Translations under genes and position numbers: made by a program
Part shown: positions 52,581 to 64,000 of the stretch, one piece after another
Numbering within the stretch: the stretch's first letter is position 1
How the letters are laid out: every line of letters starts with the position of its first letter
The notes under the pieces: generated by a model
The model's input: the letters and a program-made list of their open reading frames with translations, nothing else
What the model was told of the DNA's origin: nothing
Databases searched by the model: none
DNA from: Heptranchias perlo
Taxonomy: Eukaryota
Direction: 5' to 3'
Assembly (NCBI RefSeq): GCF_035084215.1
Contig: NC_090340.1
Span: forward strand, 15,252,001-15,316,000
Length of the DNA stretch: 64,000 bases

Positions 52581-53279
52581 GCATAACTCCTTACACACCA
52601 ATTCACACTCACCAATACTCAAAACAACTTCAATCAGATTAATTTTCCTCTGTGATAGACTCATGTCCGAAATTTGAGACGCTCACATTTTTATAAGAAT
52701 TTTACTGTGGCCACAATAAAAGTTTGGCTTCCACAACTTGATAGGCTAGTTAAGCTCAACAACCTCAATTTTAATTCAGCAATATCAAAATTAAACACAA
52801 GACAAAACAGATAAAATCATCAATATAGCACACGCTTATTAAAACCCAACAAATTACTTCATCTTTCGTTTTGTCCTTCTATGGCCGTGCCTTTCCCAAA
52901 ACTTAGAAAATACCGGAAATAACTGCTTTCGCAGCTATACAATATCTGCCTTACATTATATAGAAGAGGAAAACACATAACATGCAGTAAAAAGGGTCCA
53001 TTGCCCACAACAGCGAAAATAAAGCACCCACAATGAGGACAGGCTTTTTAAAGAGACAGCACACTGAAAAGAAAAGAACACATTCTGTAGCTTTTGATCC
53101 TCCATCCCTTTCTCCTTCTTGATTGCATCATAGAATCCTATTCTGTACTGACTCAAATCGGGTTGAATTCGATAATCCAAATTCCAGTAATTCAGGATAC
53201 ACATTAACGTTACGAATCTCAGCACGTGAAATTCATGCTGCTTGTTCATTTACCTGATTTTGGCCAGCAGCCAGGCCTA

Positions 53280-54780
53280 ACTGCACTGTTGAATGGCTTC
53301 TCACCAGCAAGGGTGGAGGTGGGCGCAGGGATTGCGTGAGTGGCTCGCACCTCTTAAAGGCAGCCTGCAACTCTTAAAGGCAGCCTGCATCTCTTACGTC
53401 CAAAAAAACATAAGTGTTCGCACAGCGTCTGAACAGAGATCAGACATCGCACATGTAAAACACAGATGCAGGTCCCGCCCCTATCTTTACAAACTGTTAA
53501 GTTATGTTGAAACATTGAATAAAGGTTGTGCACTACTAATTCCGACATCCTCCAATCAGCACGCCAGAACTCATCAATCTGCCAATCTGAGTTTGTACCA
53601 GGCCTGCGAGAGAACCTGCAAGGTTGTCTGCTTATGCACGACAGGCCTTGGTGCAAGAGGTGGACAGAAGGAGGGACATCCAATATCCAAGGGCAACAAG
53701 AGACCCTCCAGACATATGCTCAAGAGGCAGTAGGGGACAACGTCAATGCCAGGCGCATAGCACATTGAACATGAATGCTGTGCAGGAAGAAGTTCAGTGC
53801 TTTGACACGAGTTGTCAGGGTGAGTGAGGTCAACCGTAAGCGGCTACCTACTCCTACCAAATGCACAGCTAGCCGCATCCACTGCTCCACACACTACACT
53901 CCCCAACACCCACATGCCAACATTATATTTCGATCAGTACTCAACTCTTCCAATCAGATGCTTCCACTCATCCTCACACATTACCACTGTTGCAAGCCAC
54001 ACACCCACAACTCATAGGTCACACACACTAGCAGCTATTCTACCATGACAGCAACATCACCCAAACATCCTGCAGGGCACTCACCGATACACGTCCCGCT
54101 TTCTTCCAGGAGAAGGTGGCACATAATAGGAGGCAGCATAAATGGCAGTGGCATTTAGTCCCTCGAGCCTGTTCGGCTATTCAATGAGATTATGGTTGAT
54201 CTATGACTTAACTCCATATACTCGCCTTAGCCCGATATCCGGTAATAACAAAAATCTATCCATCACAGATTGAAAATTAACATTTGAGCTAGCATCAACT
54301 GCCGTTTGCAGAAGAGCGTTCCAAACTTCTAGCACCCTTTGCATGTAGAAGCGTTTCCTAACATCACTCCTGAAAATCCAGTCTCTAATTTTTAGGCTAT
54401 ATCCCCAAGTTCTAGTATTCAAGCACAGACGACCGCCAAAAACAGGTACAAATGCAACAGCAGCCAGAAGCAATAATCCAGCAACTGTAAATCCACATGG
54501 TGCCTTTAAATAGTACAGGTGCGGAGACCTCCAGGCCATCTACGATCAGTTCAGCTGTGCTTGGTTAAGACAACGCGTTAGCTGGAAGATTGAGTTCCAA
54601 AATCGTATCTATCCCTTTAAGTCAGCGCTGCACACTGATCTAATGCATATTCTCCTTACTTTACATGGTATCGGCGTTCGTTATCTGTGCATGCGTAAAC
54701 ACCTTTACCAAGATGGTGACTGGCGCATGTCACGCTAGAAGCAAGCATGCTTATTCTGGATACCATTCTGGGATCTTAGG
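53280..54780 (+). mobile_element. PIF/Harbinger-type element remnant with Myb/SANT-like ORF (CR1 3' piece nested at about 54150-54415)
   Basis: Fragments ALVQEVDRRRDIQYP...RPS...VNA...CRKKFSALTRVVR|gtgagt match Myb/SANT-like transposon proteins. No transposase seen. Confidence 0.55.
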
Positions 54781-54789
54781 GATAATAGA

Positions 54790-56045
54790 TTCATAGAACA
54801 TGTATGGCACTGAAGGAGGCCATTCGGCCCATCGTGTCCGTTCCGGCTGAAAATGAGCCTACCAGCCTAATCCCACTTTCCAGCGCTTAGTCTGTAGCCT
54901 TGCAGTTTATGACACTTCAAGTGCATATCCAAGTAGTTTTTAAATGTGATGAGGGTTTCTGCCTTTCCACCCTTTCAGGCAGTGAGTTCCAGACCCCCAC
55001 CACCCTCTGGATTTTTTTTATTACCTTAGCTCCCCTCCAACTTTCTACGAATCACTTTAAATCTATGCCCTCTAGTTATTGACCTCTCTGCTAAGGGAAA
55101 TAGGTCCTTCATATCCGTTCTATCTAGGCCCTTCATAATTTGGTACACCTCAATTAAATCACACCTCAGCCTCTGCTGTTCCAATGAAAACAACCCCAGC
55201 CTATCCAATCTTTCCTCATAATTAAAATTCTCGAGTCCTGGCAACACCCTCGTAAATCTCCTCTGTACCCTCTCTGGTGCAATTACATCCTTCCTGTAAT
55301 GTGGTGGCCAGAAGTGTATGCAGTACTCAAGCTGTGGCCTAACTAGTGTTTTATATAGTACTAGCATAACCTCCCTGCTCTGATATTCTATGCCACGGAT
55401 AATAAAGAAAGGTATCCTGTATGCCTTTATAACCGCCTTATCTACCTGTCCTGCTACTTCCAGGGATCTGTGGATATGCATAATGTCTGCCTTGTCCATG
55501 TCCTTTGTGAAGACAGACGCAAAGAATTTATTAAAAACCATCCCAACATCTGCCTCCACACGTAGGTTACTTTTTTGGTCTCCAATAGGGACTACTCTTT
55601 CCTTAATTATCCTTTTGCTCTCAATGTATTTATAAAACATCTTTGGACCTTCTTTGATTTTACTTGCCAATATTTTTTCATGCTCTCTCTTTGCTTTCCT
55701 AATTTCCTTTTTAAATTCACCCCTGGACTTTCCATACTCCTCTGTGTTTCCTGCAGTATTGAGCTCTAGGTGTCTGACATAAGCTTTCCTTTATGCCTTA
55801 TCTTACCATGTATGCTCCTTGACATCCAGGGGCTCTAGATTTGGCAGTCCCACCCTGTTTATTGTGGGAACATGTTTACCCTCAACCCCTTGAATTTCCC
55901 CCTTGAATGCCTCCCACTGCTTTGATATTGATTTACCTTCAAGTAGCTGATTCCAGTCCATTTTTGCGAAATCACTTCTCAGCTTAGTAAAATGGGCCTT
56001 TCCCCAATTGAAACCTTTAACTCCTGTTCTATCTTTGTCCTTTTA
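54790..56045 (-). mobile_element. CR1, internally deleted
   Basis: ORF 55026-55670 fuses the pre-RT linker to the C-terminal region (YKTLVRPQLEYC, TRGHRFKV). Confidence 0.85.
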
Positions 56046-56046
56046 C

Positions 56047-57345
56047 TTAACTATTCGGCCAAAACGGGCGCTGCAGGGCCGAATTTATAGCCCAAAGTCT
56101 CAACCTCATAGTTTGTGTCCTCACCCAAGCCTGGTGTGGTGTAGGTCCCTCCATCTTTCTTTTTGTTCTTCTTTCTTCCTCATTTTTCAACATCCCCTTC
56201 CGAATTTCAACTTCCTCTCTCATCCTCTCTAACTCTCGTGGCTGAAAGAACAAGACTCCTGCTTAACAATTCTCCTCTTTGATTTCCATCTCCTTTACCA
56301 GTTTCTTCAGCTTAGACTCTACCTCACACAAAGTCTGACCTGTTCCTATTTTAACTCCAGGTCCTACTGCACAATTTCTTTCGTCTTCTCTCAAGGGCAT
56401 GCATGGCCCTAATTTTGACTTCTCCACGAACGTTTGGATTCTCAAGCATGAACTGTCAGGTGCACTCACAATGGTTTAATCTCTCATGGGCTTGAGGAAT
56501 GGCTACCTCACTCACAACCACTTCCTCCCCGTCTCGTCGGAATTCAATCAATTCTTTTAACACTCGCTATTTCAAAGCTATTTCAAAACACTAGCTTTGA
56601 ATCTCGGGCCCACGCAGGGACACCAATTGTTAGCGGATTTCTCCCATTGCTGTCGCAACCATGGATTGTTAATTCTTCAACAATAACTTCCCCTTGATTC
56701 TAGCCCGAGTGGTTATAAAGTAGTAAGTTTAATAGATTGACTTTCAACAGAGTTGCACGACAGCTGTCTTCAACATTACATTCAAAAAATGTAAAACACA
56801 ACTGTCTACAGATTATATTAATGACAATGAATCAATACAACCTGACATTTCCGTGAATCCAGGTAAATCAGACCCAACCTTCATGGACTGCCTGTGGTGG
56901 ATGACTTCCGACAATCCCCTCTTGAGAACTCTATTTTTTGGGAGGGAGCATGCCCAGCTTTATACTATTCGGCTGCGTTGATCTGCACATACGCACCTCT
57001 GTCGTTATTTCCCGTTTGTAAACCATCCTACTTTGCTGACTCTGTCATAAACCACCAATGATGGTTTATACTATGTTATCGTGACTACCTTATCCCTTAT
57101 CTCTGCTGTATAAACAGTTTGTTCCATGTCAGCCTTGAACATGGCTTCTGCAATGTCTACTCTGTTATGCAGCTTTTCACTGTTATCAAGTCTTGGGATG
57201 TGGTTTCTTAGCAACCAAATCTTTTGTTTTGGTGTAAACCACCTTATGACTTGATAGCACCCAGAAACAGGCTATCTCTTGACCTTTAGGTGTTTATAGT
57301 TCTGAAGTTTCAGCATGCTCTGTCTCTTACAAACTGTCTTTCACA
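56047..57345 (-). mobile_element. ERV 5' LTR + PBS + gag start (upper LTR boundary approximate)
   Basis: LTR end ...CTAACA at 56628, PBS 2 nt later, TATAAA on - near 56960, and charged coiled-coil gag-like fragments at 56047-56469. Confidence 0.65.
56604..56625 (-). promoter_or_regulatory. Primer-binding site, tRNA-Asn-like
   Basis: TGGTGTCCCTGCGTGGGCCCGA vs the recalled vertebrate tRNA-Asn(GTT) 3' complement TGGCGTCCCTGGGTGGGCTCGA (3 mismatches in 22). Confidence 0.7.
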
Positions 57346-58099
57346 TACACACTGAGACACGGCTTGCGCCGCCCTTCCCTCCACCTGCTATTTGCTAAGA
57401 TGCTTGGGAGCTTTATGCGAGCTATGCGAGATGGGATATTGACCATGCTTGGCCTTAAACCATATTCTTGCACCCATCTACCGACTCGGCCAGCAGCCGC
57501 GAAGACGATCTCCGAAAATGGTGCTGCACTAAGATCCTAACCTACCCCTTGGCAGGCAGCGTGTTGTACTTGTCTGCATTCGTAACTATTTCGAAATAGC
57601 TCAGTGGTGCCCAGGAATATCTGTAGATACAGAACCCCACTTCAAAGCTGATAACTTAACTACTGGTCACAGAAAATTCAGTTTTCCTCTTGCCTTCATC
57701 GCGCCTTCATCACTATGAATGCGTCTAATGGCACCTGAATGTGCGCTGCAATACAAAGTATGAAATACAACTCTGATATAACTGATGTATCTGTAAACTT
57801 AAAGTGTAAAGCAACACCTAGAAATTACAAAATCGTGGTACCAAAGAAATCGATAGATAGTACTGGGTTTTGAACTTCTTTGGTAGTTGTTTGCAGCCTC
57901 ACGGTAAATTCCTTTATTCGGTATTTTTAGTGAAATCGTTAGAAGCAAAATAATGTTGTTTCTAAAGATAAAAGATACTTTTTTTCTGTTGAAGTTCCAC
58001 CTGTCCCGCTGACATTGCTTCTCAGACGGTTTATTTGTACTGCCGCCGTCAGCCTGACATAACAGTGTAGCTCTTTATTTTTTATTTCCTTAAATATAG

Positions 58100-58210
58100 G
58101 TCAGGGAGGCGGAATCGAGCGCTTCCTTGTTCAGTTTTTCCTGGGTTTACTGGTAATTCTGGTGCTGACCGGTATTATTGTGGAACATGCAAAATCAACT
58201 TCCGTTAAAT
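58100..58210 (+). CDS. Orphan transmembrane exon of a paralogous receptor (GQGGGIERFLVQFFLGLLVILVLTGIIVEHAKSTSVK)
   Basis: Pyrimidine tract with tag acceptor, gtaagat donor, 111 nt, phase 1-1, open. Same II..H motif and donor spacing as 13129-13242. Confidence 0.7.
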
Positions 58211-58749
58211 GTAAGATAGTGGTTTGTTAATTCAGAAACTCACCACCAAAATACTGATTTATTTATTTAACCAATGTTCTCCGCTCATCGAATTGCTGAT
58301 TTTTCCTGGCTACAGGTTCCACGGCTTTGGCAGGTCTCCGGAACTGGGCCAGAAAGCCATTGTTCATCGGTGACCCTAGACAGTGACCCTGAGCCGGCAT
58401 CAATGATTATGTAATTTCTAGAAAGGATCAGAAACTTTGACTGTTTGACTGACACCACCGACCCGCATCGCACCCCCCCCCCCCCAACACACACACCGCT
58501 ATATAGCCCAGGGACACTAGAAACAATTTATAGAATCATAGAAATTGCCGCACAGGAGGAGGTCTTTGAGCCGATTCCGCCTGTGCCAGTACCACCTCGT
58601 CAACTGAAGCTCCCTAGTCGTAATTCCTGCCCTTTTCTTGTTACCCTTTCCTATAATTAATTTTCAACGTTGATGGATCATTATTCTGGAATTCCCTACC
58701 GAACAGTGTTGTGGGAGTACTTCCACCATATGGAATGCATCGTTTAAGA

Positions 58750-59135
58750 AGAACATAAACATAAGAACATAAGAAATAGGAGCAGGAGTAGGCCAATCGG
58801 CCCCTCGAGCCTGCTCCGCCATTCAATAAGATCATGGCTGATCTGATCCTAACCTCAAATCTAAATTCATGTCCAATTTCCTGCCCGCTCCCCGGAGCCC
58901 CGAATTCCCTTTACTTCTAGGAAACTGTCTATTTCTGTTTTAAATTTATTTAATGATGTAGCTTCCACAGCTTCCTGGGGCAGCAAATTCCACAGACCTA
59001 CTACCCTCTGAGTGAAGAAGTTTCTCCTCATCTCAGTTTTGAAAGAGCAGCCCCTTATTCTAAGATTATGCCCCCTAGTTCCAGTTTCACCCATCCTTGG
59101 GAACATCCTTACCGCATCCACCCGATCAAGCCCAC
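58750..59135 (-). mobile_element. CR1 3' end, same young family as 62037-64000
   Basis: Near-identical to 62037-62412, with a CATAAGAA tail. Confidence 0.9.
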
Positions 59136-60309
59136 TTTTACCTTCTCAAGGACAAGTAGGGATGGATAATAAATGTCGGCCTTACCAACGACTCCCACAT
59201 CCCGAGAATCAATTTTAAAAGCACATATCCAATCCCCCTTTGAGTTACATTATCTTTTCTGCCTCAACAGCTATTTATGGTGAGGTATTTGTTGTCGAAA
59301 TGATCCTTTATTTGAGAAGCACATGTTCTAACTTCTCCCTTCCTTCTTCTGGTTATGACGTTAAATTTATGTTACCTTCTTAACAATTCGCCAGTTATCA
59401 GAACCAAACTTTCATTACCCTGTCAAGGCTTTTATAATTTTGAAAACCTCATCGAATCATACAGCACAGAAGGAAACCATTCTGTCCATCGTTCCTGTGC
59501 CGGCTCTTTGGAAGAGGTATTCAATGCGTAAAAACCTCCCTTAGATCCTCCTTAATCTTCTCTATTTCAGTGAGAAAATCCCTAATCTTTGAGCATTTCG
59601 TTCTAAATATAATACCTTATTTCTAGTATCAGTCTCGCGAACATGCTCTGTACCATTCCAGTGGGTATATTATCATTTCCATAATGAGTGTCAAGAAATG
59701 CATGCAATGCTCCAACTGTGGCCTAACCACTGTCTTGGGCAAATTCAACATCACTTCCCAGCTTTTATAATCAATGCGCCAATGTATCAAATTAATCATT
59801 CAATTTCCTTGTAGGACCATTTCTATCAGCATTTCCACTTTTAAAGACCTGTTCTCTCTGTTCCGCAACTCTGGTCCGAATCTTTTTACGGTTTTCTACC
59901 GTTAATTATTCTTTAAGGCACACAGCTACCCACATTCCGCCAATTCAAAAAACATTCATTTAACCCCCTCTGCTTTCTGTCTTCGATCGATCTTTCCACC
60001 GATATCCTTTGATATCAGTTTTCTGATAGGAACAGGCTCGACGGACTGAAAGGCCTAATTCTGTGCCTATGTAAGTGCATATCTGAAATGTGAGTGTGTG
60101 CTACCCATGTTTTTTAGTCTATTAAAATTAATGGACAAAAAATAGTCGAGAGCACACACATCGAATTCGGATTATCTGCTCCTATTGGATGAGATTGCGA
60201 GCTTCAGGTTAGCTACTGATCTTGCTTCATTATCGACAACAAAATAAAGCACCGCGTTCTGCCTTGTTGGACATGCAACATACCGATTATAGAAACAGTT
60301 CCAGATGCC

Positions 60310-61815
60310 CTAACTAGAATCTTTCAAACTTCTCTAGATTCAGAAACTGTCCCTCTAGATTGGAAAATTGCATATGTCACTCCGCTTTTTAAGAAAGGAG
60401 AGAGAGGGAAACCTGGGAATTATAGACCAGTTAGCCTAACATCTGTTGTGGGGAAAATGCTGGAGTCTATAATTAAGGATAGGGTGACTGAACACCTCGA
60501 GAATTTTCAGTTAATCAGAGAGAGCCAGCATGGATTTGTAAAAGGTAGGTCGTGCCTGACAAACCTGATGGAATTTTTTGAAGAGGTGACTAAAGTAGTG
60601 GACAGGGGAATGTCAATGGATGTTATTTATATGGACTTCCAGAAGGCATTTGATAAGGTCCCACATAAGAGACTGTTAGCTAAGATAGAAGCCCATGGAA
60701 TCGAGAGAAAAGTACGGACTTGGTTAGGAAGTTGGCTGAGCGAAAGGTGACAGAGAATAGGGATAATGGGTAGGTACTCAACATGACAGGATGTGACTAG
60801 TGGAGTCCCGCAGGGATCTGTCTTGGGGCCTCAATTATTCACAATATTTATTAACGACTTAGATGAAGGCATAGAAAGTCTCATATCTAAGTTTGCCGAT
60901 GACACAAAGATTGCTGGCATTGTAAGCAGTGTAGATGATAACACGGAATTACAAAGGGATATTGATAGATTAGGGAATGGGCAAAACTGTGGCAAATGGA
61001 ATTCAATGTGGACAAATGTGAGGTCATCCACTTTGGATCAAAAAAGGATAGAACAGTGTACTTTCTAAATGGTAAAAAGTTAAAAACAGTGCATGTCCAA
61101 AGGGACTTAGGGGTTCAGATACATAGATCATTGAAGTGTCATGAACAGGTGCAGTAAATAATCAAGAAGGCGAATGGAATGCTGGCCTTTATATCTAGAG
61201 GACTGGAGTACAAGGGGGCAGAAGTTATGCTGCAGCTATACAAAACCCTGGTTAGACCACATCTCGAGTACTGTGAGCAGTTCTGGGCACCACACCTTCG
61301 GAAGGACATATTGGCCTCGGAGGGAGTGCAGCGTCGGTTTACTAGAATGATACCCGGACTTCAGGGGTTAAGTTACGAGGAGAGACTACACAAATTGGGG
61401 TTGTACTCTCTAGAATTTAGAAGGTTAAGGGGTGATCAGATCGATGTTTATAAGATATTAAGGGGAACAGATAGGGTGGATAGAGATAAACTATTTCCGC
61501 TGGTTGGGGATTCTGGGAGTAGGGGGCACAGTCTAAAAATTAGAGCCAGACCTTTCAGGAATAAGATTAGAAAACATTTCAACACACAAAGGGTGAGAGA
61601 AGTTTGTAACTCTCTTCCGCAAACGGCAATTGATGCTAGCTCAATTGCTAAATTTAAATCTGAGATAGATAGCTTTTTGGCAACCAAAGGTATTGAGGGA
61701 TATGGGCCAAAGGCAGGTATATGGAGTTAGATCACAGATCAGCCATAATCTTGTCAAATGGCGGAGCAGGCACGAGGGGCTGAATGGCCTACTCCTGTTC
61801 CGATGTTCCCATGTT
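60310..61815 (+). mobile_element. Young CR1, same family as 42196-44730 in opposite orientation
   Basis: Nearly identical RT peptides (ESIIKDRVTEHLENFQLIRESQHGF). Confidence 0.92.
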
Positions 61816-62036
61816 ATATATCTCTCCTGCTTTTCATTTCCATTTATTTTAATGGAAAAGAACGTAAGCATCGACGTATAACAGGCAACTGAATTGATAT
61901 TGTCCAATTTACACTATGTCCACAGTTAATATTACCCCACTGTGTTCACAGTGTCCCCAACATTTAAGGATATTCCACGGGCAGTGGTGTAAAATGGGCG
62001 GAATTGCATTGGCCTCCATTAAACACCCCAGCCTTT

Positions 62037-64000
62037 AACATAAGAACAGAAGAAATAGGAGCAGGAGTAGGCCAATCGGCTCCTCGAGCCTGCTCCGCCA
62101 TTCAATAACATCATGGCTGATCTGATCCTAACATCAAATCTAAATTCATGTCCAATTTCCTGCCCGCTTCCCGTATCCCCTAATTCTCTTCACTTCGAGG
62201 AAACTGTCGATTTCTGTTTTAAATTTATTTAATGATGTAGCTTCCACAGCTTCCTGGGGCAGCAAATTCCACAGACCTACTACCCTCTGAGTGAAGAAGT
62301 TTCTCCTCATCTTAGTTTTGAAAGAGCAGCCCCTTATTCTAAGATTATGCCCCCTAGTTCCAGTTTCACCCATCCTTGGGAACATCCTTACCGCATCCAC
62401 CCAATCAAGCCCCTTCACAATATTACATGTTTCAATAAGATTGCCTCTCATTCTTCTGAACTCCAATGAGTAGAGTCCCAATCTACTCAACCTCTCCTCA
62501 TATGTCCACCCCCTCATCCCCGGGATTAACTTAGTGAACCTTCTTTGTACTGCCTCAAGAGCAAGTATGTCTTTTCTTAAGTATGGACACCAAAACTTTA
62601 TGCAGTATACCAGGTGCGGTCTCACCAATACCTTGTATAACTGCGGCAATACCTCCGTGTTTTTATATTCTATCCCCCTAGCAATAAAAGCCAACATTCC
62701 GTTGGCCTTCTTGATCACCTGCTGCACCTGCATACTAACCTTTTGATTTTCTTGCACCAGGACCCCCAGATCCCTTTGTACTGCAGTACTTTCCAGTTTC
62801 TCGCGATTAAGATAATAACTTGCTCTCTGATTTTTCCTGCCAAAGTGCATAACCTCACATTTTCCAATATTGTATTGCATCTCCCAAATCTCCGCCCACT
62901 CACCCAACCTGTCTATATCCCCTTGTAGGTTTTTTATGTCCTCCTCACTCTCTACTTTCCCTCCCATCTTTGTACCATCTGCAAACTTTGATATGTTACA
63001 CTCGGTCCCCTCCTCCAAATCGTTAATATAGATTGTAAAGAGTTGGGGACCCAGCACCGACCCCTACGGAACACCACTGGCTACTGGTTGCCAGTCCGAG
63101 AATGAACAATTTATCCCAACTCTCTGCTTCCTGTCAGATAACCAATCCTCCACTCATGCCAGAATATTACCCCAAATCCAGTGATTCTTTATCATGAGCA
63201 ATAATCTTTTATGTGGCACCTTGTCGAATGCCTTCTGGAAGCCGAAATACACTACTTCCACTGGTTCCCCTTTATCCACCCTGTACGTTATATCCTCAAA
63301 GAACTCAAGCAAATTTGTCAGACATGACTTCCCCTTCATAAAGCCATGCTGACTTTGTCCTATTAAATTATGTTTATCCAAATGTTCCGCTATTGCCTCC
63401 TTAATAATAGACTCCAACATTTTACCCACCACTGACTGACTGGTCTATAATTTCCAGCCTTCTGCCTACAACCCTTTTTAAATATGGGTGTTACATTAGC
63501 AGTTTTCCAATCTGCCGGGACCTTTGCCGAGTCCAGAGAATTTTGGAAAATTATTACCAAAGCATCCACAATCCCTACTGCCACTTCCCTCAAGACCCGA
63601 GGATGTAAGCCATCAGGTCCAGGGGATTTATCCGCCTTGAGTCCCATTAATTTACTGAGTACCAATTCCTTCGTGATTTTAATTGTATTTAGCTCCTCCC
63701 CCCTTCGAGCCCCCTGTTTGCCCAGTGCTGGGATATTCTTAGTGTCCTCAACCGTAAAGACTGAAACAAAATATTTGTTCAGCATTTTTGCCATCTCCAT
63801 GTTTCCCACCATTAATTTCCCAATCTCATCCTCTAAGGGACCTACGATTGCCTCAGCCACCCTTTTTCTTTTTATATAACGAAAGAAACTCTTGCTATCT
63901 GTTTTTATATTTTTTGCTAATTTATTTTCATAATCTATCTTCCCTTTCTTAATCAATCCTTTAGTTACTTTTTGCTGTCTTTTGAAGACTTCCCAATCTT
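62037..64000 (-). mobile_element. CR1 ORF2, runs off the window end
   Basis: RT ORFs 62146-63057, 63154-63432 and 63390-63956. Confidence 0.92.

Noticed and set aside
1-64000. CRISPR arrays, rRNA/tRNA genes, prokaryotic operons
   Set aside because: None seen. The short tandem 8-mers are LINE tails and the tRNA-like boxes belong to a SINE

Overview
Eukaryotic, repeat-rich vertebrate DNA. The CR1/L2 LINE families, tRNA-SINE and Penelope types suggest a cartilaginous fish (inference). About 60% is transposon-derived: many CR1 copies, an L2 end, a young Penelope element with pseudo-LTRs, a 7-bp TSD and hammerhead ribozymes, a Harbinger Myb-type piece, and a fragmented spuma/class III-like ERV with a tRNA-Asn PBS. 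The host content is a tandem cluster of non-rearranging, antigen-receptor-like Ig-superfamily genes on the + strand (leader, germline-joined VJ exon, C1, TM, cytoplasmic exons; SIRP/NKp30-like architecture). One gene has an intact leader-V-C1-TM (8857-13242), but its adjacent inhibitory tail exons are decayed. An intact ITIM+ITSM tail cassette (37224-38068) lies 24 kb downstream, and its frame-setting 44-nt micro-exon is enclosed by a recent 105-bp inverted repeat. Pseudo-V fragments lie upstream and an orphan TM exon lies at 58100. All splicing models were deduced by eye, with no transcript data.
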